Positions 37,591 through 46,241 are shown, counted from the whole stretch's first letter. The stretch: DNA of 61,703 nucleotides, filler included, from Nanobdellati archaeon (GCA_013152815.1; 5 parts of 5 records of this genome joined end to end with filler, not necessarily neighbours in it); one strand, 5' to 3'. Notes: a model not told the origin generated them from the letters alone. Numbers and translations are program-made.

Positions 37591-38169
37591 ATGATAGGCA
37601 AGATAAAGGAACTCATGGATGTCAAGAAAGACATCAAAATATTGGCCAAGTCGGTGACAGGGCTGGACAGCCAGCTTTCAGCGTTGAGCGGCAGGATGGA
37701 TCAGTTCGGTAAACGTTTTGATGATCTTCTTTCGAACACCGAGAAAGGTATGCGTGCTATGGAAACGCAACTCAGGGAGCATCAGCAACGGCTTGCCGAG
37801 AGCGCTGACCGTCTCAAGGAGGAAGTCTATGATTTCAAGCTGCTCAAGTCGGGGCTCAAGGACAGGATCCTGGGTGTCTTCAAAGAAGAGCTCCATCAGG
37901 AGATCCTGAAGAACCTGGAGCTGCTCAGGGGAGACACGGTCCGTTACCAGAAAGCACGGGACGAGGTGTCCGGGCTCTCCCATAGGATCGGCGAGGCATC
38001 TTCTGACCTGAGACGGTTCACCGATGTTGCCACGAAACTGAAGAAAGAGGATTTCAACATGGTCAACTATGCCCGCCGTCTCGAATCTATGGAGGAGCAG
38101 AAGGCGAGGCTTAGGAAGCAGGTCGATGACCTCCAGAGGATGATCGGCAAGATGAGACGTCGTAGTTAG
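37591..38169 (+). CDS. Coiled-coil hypothetical protein
   Basis: Heptad-rich sequence; TTATAAA ~25 nt upstream of ATG 37591. Confidence 0.7.
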   Translation: MIGKIKELMDVKKDIKILAKSVTGLDSQLSALSGRMDQFGKRFDDLLSNTEKGMRAMETQLREHQQRLAESADRLKEEVYDFKLLKSGLKDRILGVFKEELHQEILKNLELLRGDTVRYQKARDEVSGLSHRIGEASSDLRRFTDVATKLKKEDFNMVNYARRLESMEEQKARLRKQVDDLQRMIGKMRRRS

Positions 38170-38226
38170 GGCCGGTCCTCAGATGACCGTGGCGATTCTT
38201 TATAAGTTGTAACTCAATAATGGCGA

Positions 38227-38242
38227 CACATTTATAAATGTG
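38227..38242. promoter_or_regulatory. Perfect 16-bp palindrome centred on a TATA box
   Basis: CACATTTATAAATGTG. Confidence 0.45.
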
Positions 38243-38377
38243 CTTGGTTTCCCTCCGGTACATTCTGGAAAAGGGGTCTTAAGCGGTGCAGGATGGTGTT
38301 TGTGCTGTTCCACGAACCGGCAATCGTAGCATGCGACAGCAGCATCTGCCCCGGGATAAGCGAAGAGTGAGGAGGTC

Positions 38378-39061
38378 ATGACCATGAAAATAGAACGGAT
38401 CTTGTTGATATTTATCATGTTGATGGTTGTCATACTGGGTATCATGGCTGTTGTCTGGATTGCCTTCGGAGACGAGGACGTCTGTCCTTCCGGGACGATC
38501 CATCGTTCTGGCCTGTGCTGCCAAGACTACGATGCTGATGGAAGATGTGATGTCTTGACCGTTGGTCAGCAGGCACCCACCGGGATGACCGTGCAGGTCG
38601 TGTCAGGACCCTCTGAAGAAGATGTCATCCTGGCCAAACTTAATGCAGCATTGAAAGCGGCCGAGGCCAAGTCCGCCAGAGAGGACAGGCCGGGATATCA
38701 GTGTGACGAGTTCGGCTGCTGGAAGGTGAACGATTATTATGATGGCCGACGATATGACGGTTACCGGCACCACGATGCTTATTATGACGATCGTTATTAT
38801 GGTCATACTGACGAATGGGACCTGAAGATCATCGTCAAGGACGACGACACCAAGGACCCCGTCGAGGACGCGAGGGTCAGGATAGAGAACGGCGACGAGC
38901 ACACGAAATACACCGACGATGATGGGGCGGTGAAATTCCGGGACATCGATGAGGATTGCTATGATATCGATGTCAGCGCCGATGATTACCTCGATGAGAC
39001 CGACTATACCTGTCTCCACCGGGATTCGACCATCCGTATCTATCTGGAACCCCGGGATTAG
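38378..39061 (+). CDS. Membrane-anchored extracellular protein with carboxypeptidase-regulatory-like beta domain
   Basis: N-terminal TM, CCQDYDADGRCD motif, Tyr/Asp/His-rich linker, 'V.D..T..PV.DA.V....TD.DG...F....Y.I.VSA.DY'. Confidence 0.75.
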   Translation: MTMKIERILLIFIMLMVVILGIMAVVWIAFGDEDVCPSGTIHRSGLCCQDYDADGRCDVLTVGQQAPTGMTVQVVSGPSEEDVILAKLNAALKAAEAKSAREDRPGYQCDEFGCWKVNDYYDGRRYDGYRHHDAYYDDRYYGHTDEWDLKIIVKDDDTKDPVEDARVRIENGDEHTKYTDDDGAVKFRDIDEDCYDIDVSADDYLDETDYTCLHRDSTIRIYLEPRD

Positions 39062-39098
39062 TCTTTTCTTTTCTTCTTTTTTTCATCAACACGCATGC

Positions 39099-39285
39099 TG
39101 ATTCGTGCAGGGGTTTCATACCCTGCGCTTTAGCGCGTGAAACCTTTGCACGGCCAGAAATTCCGCCTTTCAAGGCGAGGAGCGATCATACCCCGACCTC
39201 TAGGTCGGGGATGCACAGAAATGCACAAGCATTTCTGGCACGCAAACCTTTGGTTTTAACGTAGCTCCGAGCGACGGAATTTCTG
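39099..39285. repeat. Nested palindromic intergenic element, with a partial copy at 43515-43540
   Basis: CGTGCA..TGCACG hairpin; CAGAAATTCCG/CGGAATTTCTG enclosing CCCCGACC-TCTA-GGTCGGGG and CAGAAATGC-ACAA-GCATTTCTG. Confidence 0.65.
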
Positions 39286-39587
39286 ATTGCCATGGAGACA
39301 GACCCGGCGAAGAAGGATTGTCCAATTATCTTCCTCTGATATCTTCGCCCAGAGAAACCGTCGGAGCCGATATTCATCTGGTGCCTCATCCAGAGGATGT
39401 CTGCGCGAACGGACTCCGGAAGATGATCAACGACCCCGAGATGATCCGACGACATGCGATGCCTCTGGAGATCCACGGTCGCAGCTAGAAATGATCAGTT
39501 CCTCCTTCGGTTCATCGTCTTCTTCCGCATGGCCGCATCTCTCATTCCATAACCTTTTTTAAGGGAACATGATTCTGCTGGTCTGAT

Positions 39588-39760
39588 ACGGCTGTGGTCT
39601 AGCGGTATGCTCCTGTCCTGTGAGGATGGTCGCACGCCAGATGACACGACCCTCCCAAGGTCGTAACCCGGGTTCGAATCAGCAACGGCCCACAGGCTCC
39701 GCAAGGGGTCCCAAGCCCAGCAGGCGTTGTCTGCAGCTGTCGAAAGTCCCGGCAGCCGTA
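39588..39760 (+). tRNA. tRNA-Gly(CCC) with two non-canonical introns (39607-39640 at 20/21; 39679-39746 at 59/60)
   Basis: Spliced 71-nt cloverleaf ACGGCTG TG GTCT AGCGGTA TGAC A CGACC CTCCCAA GGTCG TAAC CCGGG TTCGAAT CCCGG CAGCCGT A; BHB-like junctions; TATA-like box ~25 nt upstream, oligo-T downstream. Confidence 0.9.
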
Positions 39761-39816
39761 TTTTTATCTTCATCTATTTCGCTTATATTCCTTCAGAAAG
39801 AGGTCTGTGTCTTTGT

Positions 39817-40263
39817 TCAGATGCGTTCTTCCAGCACAGCTTCCTGTATCTTCAACGGATCCCTTTGCCCGGTGATGTCCTGTATCTGCTGAAGAAGGAA
39901 ACTCGTCGCGCTGTTGAGTTCTCTTGCGTCGTCACTATCGATGAAGATGATCGGGTCCTGTCCGTTGGTATAGCTGAGATAGTCGATGAGGATAGAACGC
40001 ACATAGTCTTTGCCTGGTCCTGTCTTGCTCGTCGAACGGTCCTGTTTGTTGCGTATATACGCCGGTCTGCTGATTCCGTGTCCTTTGAGGTGCGCCGCAG
40101 CATCCATCCTTCCTTGCTTGTCGAACCACACATGGAAGAGGTGTTCTGGTGCGTCAGGATCAGGGGCGGGTTTCATCTGGCTGATGATCTGCTCTTTTAC
40201 CCTCTTCGGCGAAAGATATTCTCCACCGACCTTTCCTTTGATGAGATAGATTGTTCCTGGCAT
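39817..40263 (-). CDS. Hypothetical protein (148 aa)
   Basis: Purine-rich SD before ATG 40263; no motif recognised. Confidence 0.6.
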   Translation of the reverse strand: MPGTIYLIKGKVGGEYLSPKRVKEQIISQMKPAPDPDAPEHLFHVWFDKQGRMDAAAHLKGHGISRPAYIRNKQDRSTSKTGPGKDYVRSILIDYLSYTNGQDPIIFIDSDDARELNSATSFLLQQIQDITGQRDPLKIQEAVLEERI

Positions 40264-40428
40264 GGTGCTTCCTCTCCTTGAGATCAAGAAAGTGAAGCCA
40301 GAAGAACATTTAAGCTTTGTGATGGTCAAGGCTTCTCTTTTTCAGTCTTGAACAGCTTTTCATGGCTCAGGCAGAAAACAAGGACAAAGAGCAAAAAGAA
40401 AGAAGAAAAAAGGATATGAAGAAATGCA

Positions 40429-40599
40429 TCACTTGTTCTTCGCTGCAAACTCCTTGTTCACGACTCTCCAGCATTCGTGGGGGCCGCTCTGGGACTTGGT
40501 CACTGCAAAGAACCTGCCGTTCCTCTCTTCAATCCTGTAATCAGAAGATTTGAATTTCGCCTTTGACTTGACATCATAAAATTCGAGTTCTTCTCCCAT
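40429..40599 (-). CDS. Cc1-like small chromatin protein (56 aa, missed by ORF track)
   Basis: GGGTGA SD; MGEELEFYDVKSKAKFKSSDYRIEERNGRFFAVTKSQSGPHECWRVVNKEFAAKNK; T-rich terminator; pattern resembles Cc1. Confidence 0.75.
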   Translation of the reverse strand: MGEELEFYDVKSKAKFKSSDYRIEERNGRFFAVTKSQSGPHECWRVVNKEFAAKNK

Positions 40600-40830
40600 T
40601 TCCAATCACCCGTTTCGTTTTTTGTTATTCCATCCCTTTTGGATATGCCGTTCATATTGCCTTCATGAATCTCTTAAGGAAAGGCACCTGTCACACATAA
40701 AAGATGTTCCATTTATAAACTTTTCCTGTGTGGAGCAGCGAAAAGCCTGAAGACCAACAAAACATAAAAACAACCCCTCCACGTGCAGTCATTCTCCGCT
40801 GCTTCTTTTCGGGGGGGAGCAATCGATACC

Positions 40831-41853
40831 ATGGGCAACCGCATCACTCCAGAGCTTTCTGCACTTCTCGACCATGTCAGAGGAAAACGTGTGGCCCTCA
40901 TGACCCACTGGGATGCCGACGGCATCACTTCAGGAGCGATGCTCTACCATCTGATAGAACCCACTGCCAGATCGGTCTTCACCTCTTCTAAAGGCGAGGT
41001 GTTTCTCATAGAAGAGCAGGATTTTCCGCCGGAGAGCGAAATCATCATCTGTTCAGACATCCAGCCATCTTCCCATCTGGACCCTCAGAAAGTCATCTAT
41101 ATCGACCATCATCCTCATCCTCATCCTGAACAGTTCCTCATGACCATCCACGACCCCGGCGCGGTCTCCACATCGACCCTGTTGTGGCAGCGGCTCATCC
41201 CCGACACCACGAACCCCTATTTCATCTTTCTCGCCCTCGTCGGCTACTTTGGAGATGGCGGAAGCAAGAAAACGATCCCTGAACGCCTCTACGACGAAGC
41301 CATGGCACAGCTGCCGGACCTGATGAAGAAAAACGCTTCCCGTTACAAGAAAGGCGACTTCTACTATGAGATCGAAAAGTATGTCTCAGACCTCAACACA
41401 GGCAAGCGCATGCATTGGAGCGGTGATCTTCCGCTCGAGATGCTCAAGAACATCAAGCATCAGGACCTCTATGTGAACAAGGTCCACCCCATCGCCAATG
41501 AACTGGCAGAGTACAAGCTGAAACTGCGTTCGCTCTACCGGATGAAAGTCGACCTGAAGGATCTCAGACACATCCGGTATGGTGTGATCGCGAGCAACAG
41601 GAACATCCAGGGGGTCCTCTGCGCGAGATACATGGATGATAAGCCCGTCATGATCATGAACCGCTTCAACGGCAAGGTCATCGGTTCCATGAGGGTCCCG
41701 GACAACAACGCTTTTGATGCTGGGAAGTTTCTCGACAGCTTCAATGGCCAGATAGATTCCTTTCTTGGAGGGGGTCATGAGAAGGCAGGCGGCTTTACCG
41801 TGGCATCTGATCAGCTGGACAGCTTCTTGAGGTTGTTGGATAAGAACGGCTGA
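40831..41853 (+). CDS. DHH/DHHA1 family phosphoesterase
   Basis: THWDADG.TSG, IDHH, GD, SMR, GGGHEKAGG. Confidence 0.92.
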   Translation: MGNRITPELSALLDHVRGKRVALMTHWDADGITSGAMLYHLIEPTARSVFTSSKGEVFLIEEQDFPPESEIIICSDIQPSSHLDPQKVIYIDHHPHPHPEQFLMTIHDPGAVSTSTLLWQRLIPDTTNPYFIFLALVGYFGDGGSKKTIPERLYDEAMAQLPDLMKKNASRYKKGDFYYEIEKYVSDLNTGKRMHWSGDLPLEMLKNIKHQDLYVNKVHPIANELAEYKLKLRSLYRMKVDLKDLRHIRYGVIASNRNIQGVLCARYMDDKPVMIMNRFNGKVIGSMRVPDNNAFDAGKFLDSFNGQIDSFLGGGHEKAGGFTVASDQLDSFLRLLDKNG

Positions 41854-41922
41854 TGGTTGTTGCATCTCGCCGCTCTTGTCTTGTCAGGAGTCTCTCTCTG
41901 TCTCTTCCTGCCTTGTTTTCCT

Positions 41923-42384
41923 TTACGCTTTCGCTGCCATGTGTTCCACGTGTTTCAGCGACGTTTCAGCCACCCCCTCGAAGAGCGTCTGCAATCCCAG
42001 CTTCAGGCTCGCCTTCTCGGTTACCTGATCATGGACCTTCGGCCTGATGATCCATCGGGTGTCTCCGTCGGCAAAGGGATTCACGAAATAGACAGAAAGG
42101 GAGGGATACGCGGTCAAGACGCTCCAGCTGCCGATCAGCTGTTGGAGGTTCTCTTTGGTGTTGTAGCAGGCGATGCCATAGTTCCCTTTCTTGTCCTGTG
42201 CCTTGCTGAGAAAGGTCTCTGGTTCCAGCGAAGGCATGATGAAGAACGAGACGGTCTTGTCTTTGTAGATGATGTCCAGGCCCTGTTCTGTATCTTTGAT
42301 ATCCCTGATGTTGTGCAGATAGAGGTTCCGGTTCTCGAAATATTTCCTCGTCCAGGAAGCAAGATGCTCCTTTGCCGTGGCCAT
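41923..42384 (-). CDS. Hypothetical protein (153 aa)
   Basis: TTTATA ~25 nt upstream of ATG 42384; protein-like composition. Confidence 0.65.
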   Translation of the reverse strand: MATAKEHLASWTRKYFENRNLYLHNIRDIKDTEQGLDIIYKDKTVSFFIMPSLEPETFLSKAQDKKGNYGIACYNTKENLQQLIGSWSVLTAYPSLSVYFVNPFADGDTRWIIRPKVHDQVTEKASLKLGLQTLFEGVAETSLKHVEHMAAKA

Positions 42385-42450
42385 GATTCTGTTGCTCTTC
42401 CTGTGTTGATATAAAAATATTGTGCAAAGCATACAAGAAATTGCCCGGTC

Positions 42451-42864
42451 CTACTCATCCTGCGAAGGCATATTGAGCTGTTTTCTGACTTCCTGCACCC
42501 AGAGGAGCCCGATCCGTATGAGTTCCTTGTTGAGCCGGTCTGAGATCTTGTAGGTCTTCTTGTAGAGATCATAGTAGATGAGCCCCATGCTCTTCATCGG
42601 GGTGATGATCCGATCATAGAACTGCCGCTTATTGTAGCTGAGCTTGACTTTCTTCCCTTTGAAAGGCGGTTCATCGATCTCTGCTATAAGCTCTCCCTCA
42701 TGCAATGTGGTGGCGAAGAAGCTCATCTCTGTCTTGTTGAACTCTCCTCCTTTCGCTGCCATGTTCTGGATAAGGAGTTTGGCGACAATCTTCTGCTGTT
42801 TTGTAGCGAAGATTATCTCATAGATGTCTTCCGGCAGATTGAATCGATCGAATAGTATTACCAC
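42451..42864 (-). CDS. Hypothetical protein, possible winged helix
   Basis: GTG start with G-rich SD; 'YNKRQFYDRIITPMKSMGLIYYD..KKTYKIS' resembles a wHTH wing. Confidence 0.7.
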   Translation of the reverse strand: MVILFDRFNLPEDIYEIIFATKQQKIVAKLLIQNMAAKGGEFNKTEMSFFATTLHEGELIAEIDEPPFKGKKVKLSYNKRQFYDRIITPMKSMGLIYYDLYKKTYKISDRLNKELIRIGLLWVQEVRKQLNMPSQDE

Positions 42865-43009
42865 AGCTTACCCCCCACGACGGAGGTAATCCTTTTCCTA
42901 TTTAAATGTTACCCTTCTGTATATTGGTATATTGCTCTCATGCTCGGGTAGCAGGTTATCGATACAGGTTTCATCCATGGTAAATAATATAAGTGTCAGC
43001 GCGTTCCTT

Positions 43010-43056
43010 ACACATCATCTTGTGTTTTCCTCTGTCGGAAACGCAACATATGGTGG
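43010..43056 (+). promoter_or_regulatory. Tandem NrdR boxes
   Basis: ACACATCATCTTGTGT (43010-43025) and ACGCAACATATGGTGG (43041-43056), 31 bp apart, similar to consensus acaCwAtATaTwGtgt. Confidence 0.75.
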
Positions 43057-43061
43057 AAACC

Positions 43062-43514
43062 ATGCGATGTCCATACTGCAGCCATGAAGCCCTGAAGGTC
43101 GTGGACAAGCGGGACACAGAAGACAATATCGCCATCAGACGACGACGAGAGTGTCTCAAATGCCAGAAGCGGTTCACGACCTATGAACGGATAGAACTCC
43201 TCAATATCCACGTCATCAAGAGGGACGGCTCTAAACAGGGATTCGACCGGGAGAAGATCAGGCGCGGCCTGCTCATCGCGACCCAGAAACGGGACATCTC
43301 CCTTGACAGGATAGAGGACATGGTCGACTCCATCGAGGCCAGCATCCGGTCCAAGAACCAGAAGGAGATCAACAGCTCGACCATCGGTGAGCTGGTCCTG
43401 AAGAAGCTCAAACGGCTCGATAAGGTTGCCTATATACGCTTTGCAGCGGTCTACCGTTCTTTCACTGACCTTGATTCTTTCCGTCAGGAACTCGAGAAGC
43501 TCGAGAAGAGATGA
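43062..43514 (+). CDS. nrdR: Transcriptional repressor NrdR
   Basis: MRCPYC..KVVD.R...IRRRREC..C.KRFTTYE Zn ribbon plus ATP cone VIKRDG...FDR.K, LDKVAYIRFA.VY. Confidence 0.95.
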   Translation: MRCPYCSHEALKVVDKRDTEDNIAIRRRRECLKCQKRFTTYERIELLNIHVIKRDGSKQGFDREKIRRGLLIATQKRDISLDRIEDMVDSIEASIRSKNQKEINSSTIGELVLKKLKRLDKVAYIRFAAVYRSFTDLDSFRQELEKLEKR

Positions 43515-43603
43515 TGATTCGTGCGAGGGTTTCATGCCCTTTACTTTTTACAGCGCCCATCCTGACAAAAGATTTATAATCTCTTTGCTGTTGATGGGAT
43601 TCC

Positions 43604-44245
43604 ATGATTGTGGGGCTGACAGGACCGAATGCGGCAGGAAAGGGGGAGGCGGCCGCTTTCTTCAGGAAGAGAGGGTTCACCTATCTCTCGCTATCAGACA
43701 TCATCCGGGAAGAGGCCACCCGGCGAGGTATCGAGCATTCCCGGACCAATCTCATCCTGATAGGCAATGAACTCAGGCACACGTCCGGTTTCGGGGTACT
43801 CGCGTCCAGGACCAATGAGAAGATCAGGGAACTCCCGGGCGATGTTGTCGTGGACAGCATCCGTTCGCCCTACGAGGTCGAGGAGCTCAGGAAGAATGAG
43901 CATTTTTTTCTGCTCGGCATCGATGCTCCTGTAGACCTCCGTTTTCAGCGGGCCCGTCTTCGCGGCAGGATAGAGAATGCCCTGTCTCTGGAAGAGTTCA
44001 GGATGATGGAGGCCAAAGAGAACACTCAGACCAAGGGGAATCAGCAGCTCTCTGCAACATTTGCTCTGGCGGACAGGGTGATCATGAACGATGGTTCTCT
44101 CGAGGATTTCCACCGAAAGCTTGATAAGTTCCTTGCCGGTCTGACAACGAATCATGACCCCTTGCAGGCTCCGGGAGCCCAGGGGAAAACAGAAGGTCCA
44201 GAGCACACAGACCAGCAATCAAAGGACACAGACGCGGAGGAGTAA
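43604..44245 (+). CDS. P-loop kinase (dephospho-CoA/nucleoside monophosphate kinase-like)
   Basis: GLTGPNAAGKG, LSD.IR, VVDSIR...E, IDAP...RF.R, AD..I.N. Confidence 0.8.
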   Translation: MIVGLTGPNAAGKGEAAAFFRKRGFTYLSLSDIIREEATRRGIEHSRTNLILIGNELRHTSGFGVLASRTNEKIRELPGDVVVDSIRSPYEVEELRKNEHFFLLGIDAPVDLRFQRARLRGRIENALSLEEFRMMEAKENTQTKGNQQLSATFALADRVIMNDGSLEDFHRKLDKFLAGLTTNHDPLQAPGAQGKTEGPEHTDQQSKDTDAEE

Positions 44246-44246
44246 G

Positions 44247-44708
44247 ATGACCGAAAGAGTATCGTGGGAACAGTATTTCATGAACATCGCCAAGGAAGTC
44301 GCCACCCGGGCGACCTGCGACCGTAAGCATGTGGGCGCGGTCATCGTCAGGGACAAGACCATCCTCTCGACCGGCTACAACGGCTCCATCAGGGGGCTTC
44401 CCCATTGTGATGTGGCAGGCCATGAGATGGAGAACAGCCATTGTGTCCGGACCATACATGCAGAGGCCAATGCCATCGTCCAGGCGGCGAAGAACGGCAT
44501 CGCCATCGACAAGGGAGAGATTTTCATCACCGCATCCCCCTGCTATAACTGCTTCAAGCTGATAGCCAACGCAGGCATCAGAGCAATCTATTTTGGAGAG
44601 TTCTATCGGGACGACCGCATCGCTTCGTTGGCCAGCACACTGGGCATAACCCTAGTGGATATGAGCAAGAAGGATCAGGATATGAGCAAGAAGGATCAGG
44701 ATTCTTGA
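44247..44708 (+). CDS. dCMP deaminase (ComEB family)
   Basis: RATC.R..VGAVIV, TGYNG, HAEANA, SPCYNC zinc motif. Confidence 0.93.
   Translation: MTERVSWEQYFMNIAKEVATRATCDRKHVGAVIVRDKTILSTGYNGSIRGLPHCDVAGHEMENSHCVRTIHAEANAIVQAAKNGIAIDKGEIFITASPCYNCFKLIANAGIRAIYFGEFYRDDRIASLASTLGITLVDMSKKDQDMSKKDQDS
44657..44702 (+). repeat. Exact 21-bp tandem repeat at the 3' end of the dCMP deaminase gene
   Basis: GGATATGAGCAAGAAGGATCA x2 + GGAT (DMSKKDQ x2). Confidence 0.9.
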
Positions 44709-44718
44709 GGTGGGATAC

Positions 44719-45288
44719 ATGGACATGGAGAAACTGAAGAAGATCAACGAGCTCACTGCAGAACTCAAGAAGCACCGGGCGATCCTGCCTTCCGACGACC
44801 TCGTCGGCCAGGCAGAGGAGATGGTCATCGATAAGGATGATTCTGGCCTGCCGACCACGCACACTTCCCATGAGGATCCGAGCAAGGGAAACCAATCAGG
44901 CGAAGCCCTCCGGGATACGGCACAGCCGCAGCAGGATGCTTCTGTCCGTGCGGCAGAGCTCATCGTCAAGGAAGCCAACAAGGCCGTCCGTGCCGAGCTG
45001 GACCTCCTTCGGAAGGGGCTCCTGCAGCTGAATGACGAGTTCAAGGCGTTCAGGAAGGACCTGCAGGGCGAACTGAGTTCCTTGCACAGGGCCATCGCCC
45101 AGGCGGCAGAGGCTTCTGCAGCCAAGGAAACAGCCGTCCAGAAAGGCATGTCCGTCGAGAAGGCACCAACTGAAAATATCGCTGCCGGGAAGAAAGAAGA
45201 GAAAAAAGACGACAGGTCCATCGACCGTAACGGCTATGCCCCTTCAGATGTCTCTGTGGATAAGATGTTCTACTTCGGCAAGAAATGA
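44719..45288 (+). CDS. Coiled-coil hypothetical protein
   Basis: GAGGTG SD; central heptads; C-terminus DVSVDKMFYFGKK. Confidence 0.7.
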   Translation: MDMEKLKKINELTAELKKHRAILPSDDLVGQAEEMVIDKDDSGLPTTHTSHEDPSKGNQSGEALRDTAQPQQDASVRAAELIVKEANKAVRAELDLLRKGLLQLNDEFKAFRKDLQGELSSLHRAIAQAAEASAAKETAVQKGMSVEKAPTENIAAGKKEEKKDDRSIDRNGYAPSDVSVDKMFYFGKK

Positions 45289-45380
45289 AGAACAGGTGTG
45301 GACGCAGAAGGGAACAACAAATCCCTTTCTTTTCTTCCTTTTTCCCCTTCTTCCTCTTGGGTCTGTCTCGGTCTATCTTT

Positions 45381-46241
45381 TCAGGCAAAGGCAAGATAGC
45401 TCTGGAGGATGATGTCTTTGTAGGTGGTGACGTTGCTCAGGACATAGCTCTCTGCCAATGCGCCAAGGACAAGCACGACGACCGCGAGGAGGAAAAGCAT
45501 GAAGTTGTAGAAGAACACCTCTTTGAACCGTTGTGATTCGAACTTCTCGAGAAGCACATCCTTTGAGATGACCCCTCCTGATATGGCTGCCATGATGTAT
45601 GACAGTATCTCCAGGAATGCATGGGGAAGGACGATGAGCAGGACCAGGAAGAGATAGAAGAACGGGCTGGTGTTCGCGTAGAGCGCCGCATCCCGTGCCG
45701 TCACTCCGAAGATGGTCCCCCAGAGCGACGCGTTCCAGGTGATGAGGAAGATGGCGCCGTCTCCGGTCATGAGCGAAAGGACAAAGCAGGCGAAGAGCAC
45801 CCACCAGTTGTTGATCAGGATGCTCTGGAACAGTCCCTGTTCAAAGATGGCTCCCCCGCTCGCCCCTCTCATCTCCAGCTGTTCCCGGAACAGTTGGCTG
45901 ACCTGGAACGAAGGAAGCACGATGGAAGCGAGGGAATAGACCAGAAAGATGCCCAGGGCAAGGAAGAGGTACACCCTGATGAATTCTTTGTTGTCCTGAT
46001 ACAGGTTCTTGAGCGAGAAGACCCGTTCTTTCTTCTCGGTGTGCTCTTCGATGGAGAACAGCTTATAGAGCGAGGGGAGCAGGAAGATCGAGGTGAAAGC
46101 CACTGCGACCAGGGCAGGATCCTTGGGGAACAGCATCTTCGAGAGGGTGATGCCAAGGATGGAATAGGCGATGCCAAGCAGAAACGCGTATCTCGCTTTC
46201 TTCTCGAGCCAGTTCTCTGGAAAAAGATGCTCAAGGACCAT
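45381..46241 (-). CDS. SpoIIM-like (DUF95) membrane protein
   Basis: I..NN..V, WNAS..G, LPH...EI..Y..AA..G, A..ES motifs. Confidence 0.8.
   Translation of the reverse strand: MVLEHLFPENWLEKKARYAFLLGIAYSILGITLSKMLFPKDPALVAVAFTSIFLLPSLYKLFSIEEHTEKKERVFSLKNLYQDNKEFIRVYLFLALGIFLVYSLASIVLPSFQVSQLFREQLEMRGASGGAIFEQGLFQSILINNWWVLFACFVLSLMTGDGAIFLITWNASLWGTIFGVTARDAALYANTSPFFYLFLVLLIVLPHAFLEILSYIMAAISGGVISKDVLLEKFESQRFKEVFFYNFMLFLLAVVVLVLGALAESYVLSNVTTYKDIILQSYLAFA

Noticed and set aside
39287..39562. ORFs between the palindrome cluster and tRNA-Gly
   Set aside because: No convincing start, SD or motif on either strand
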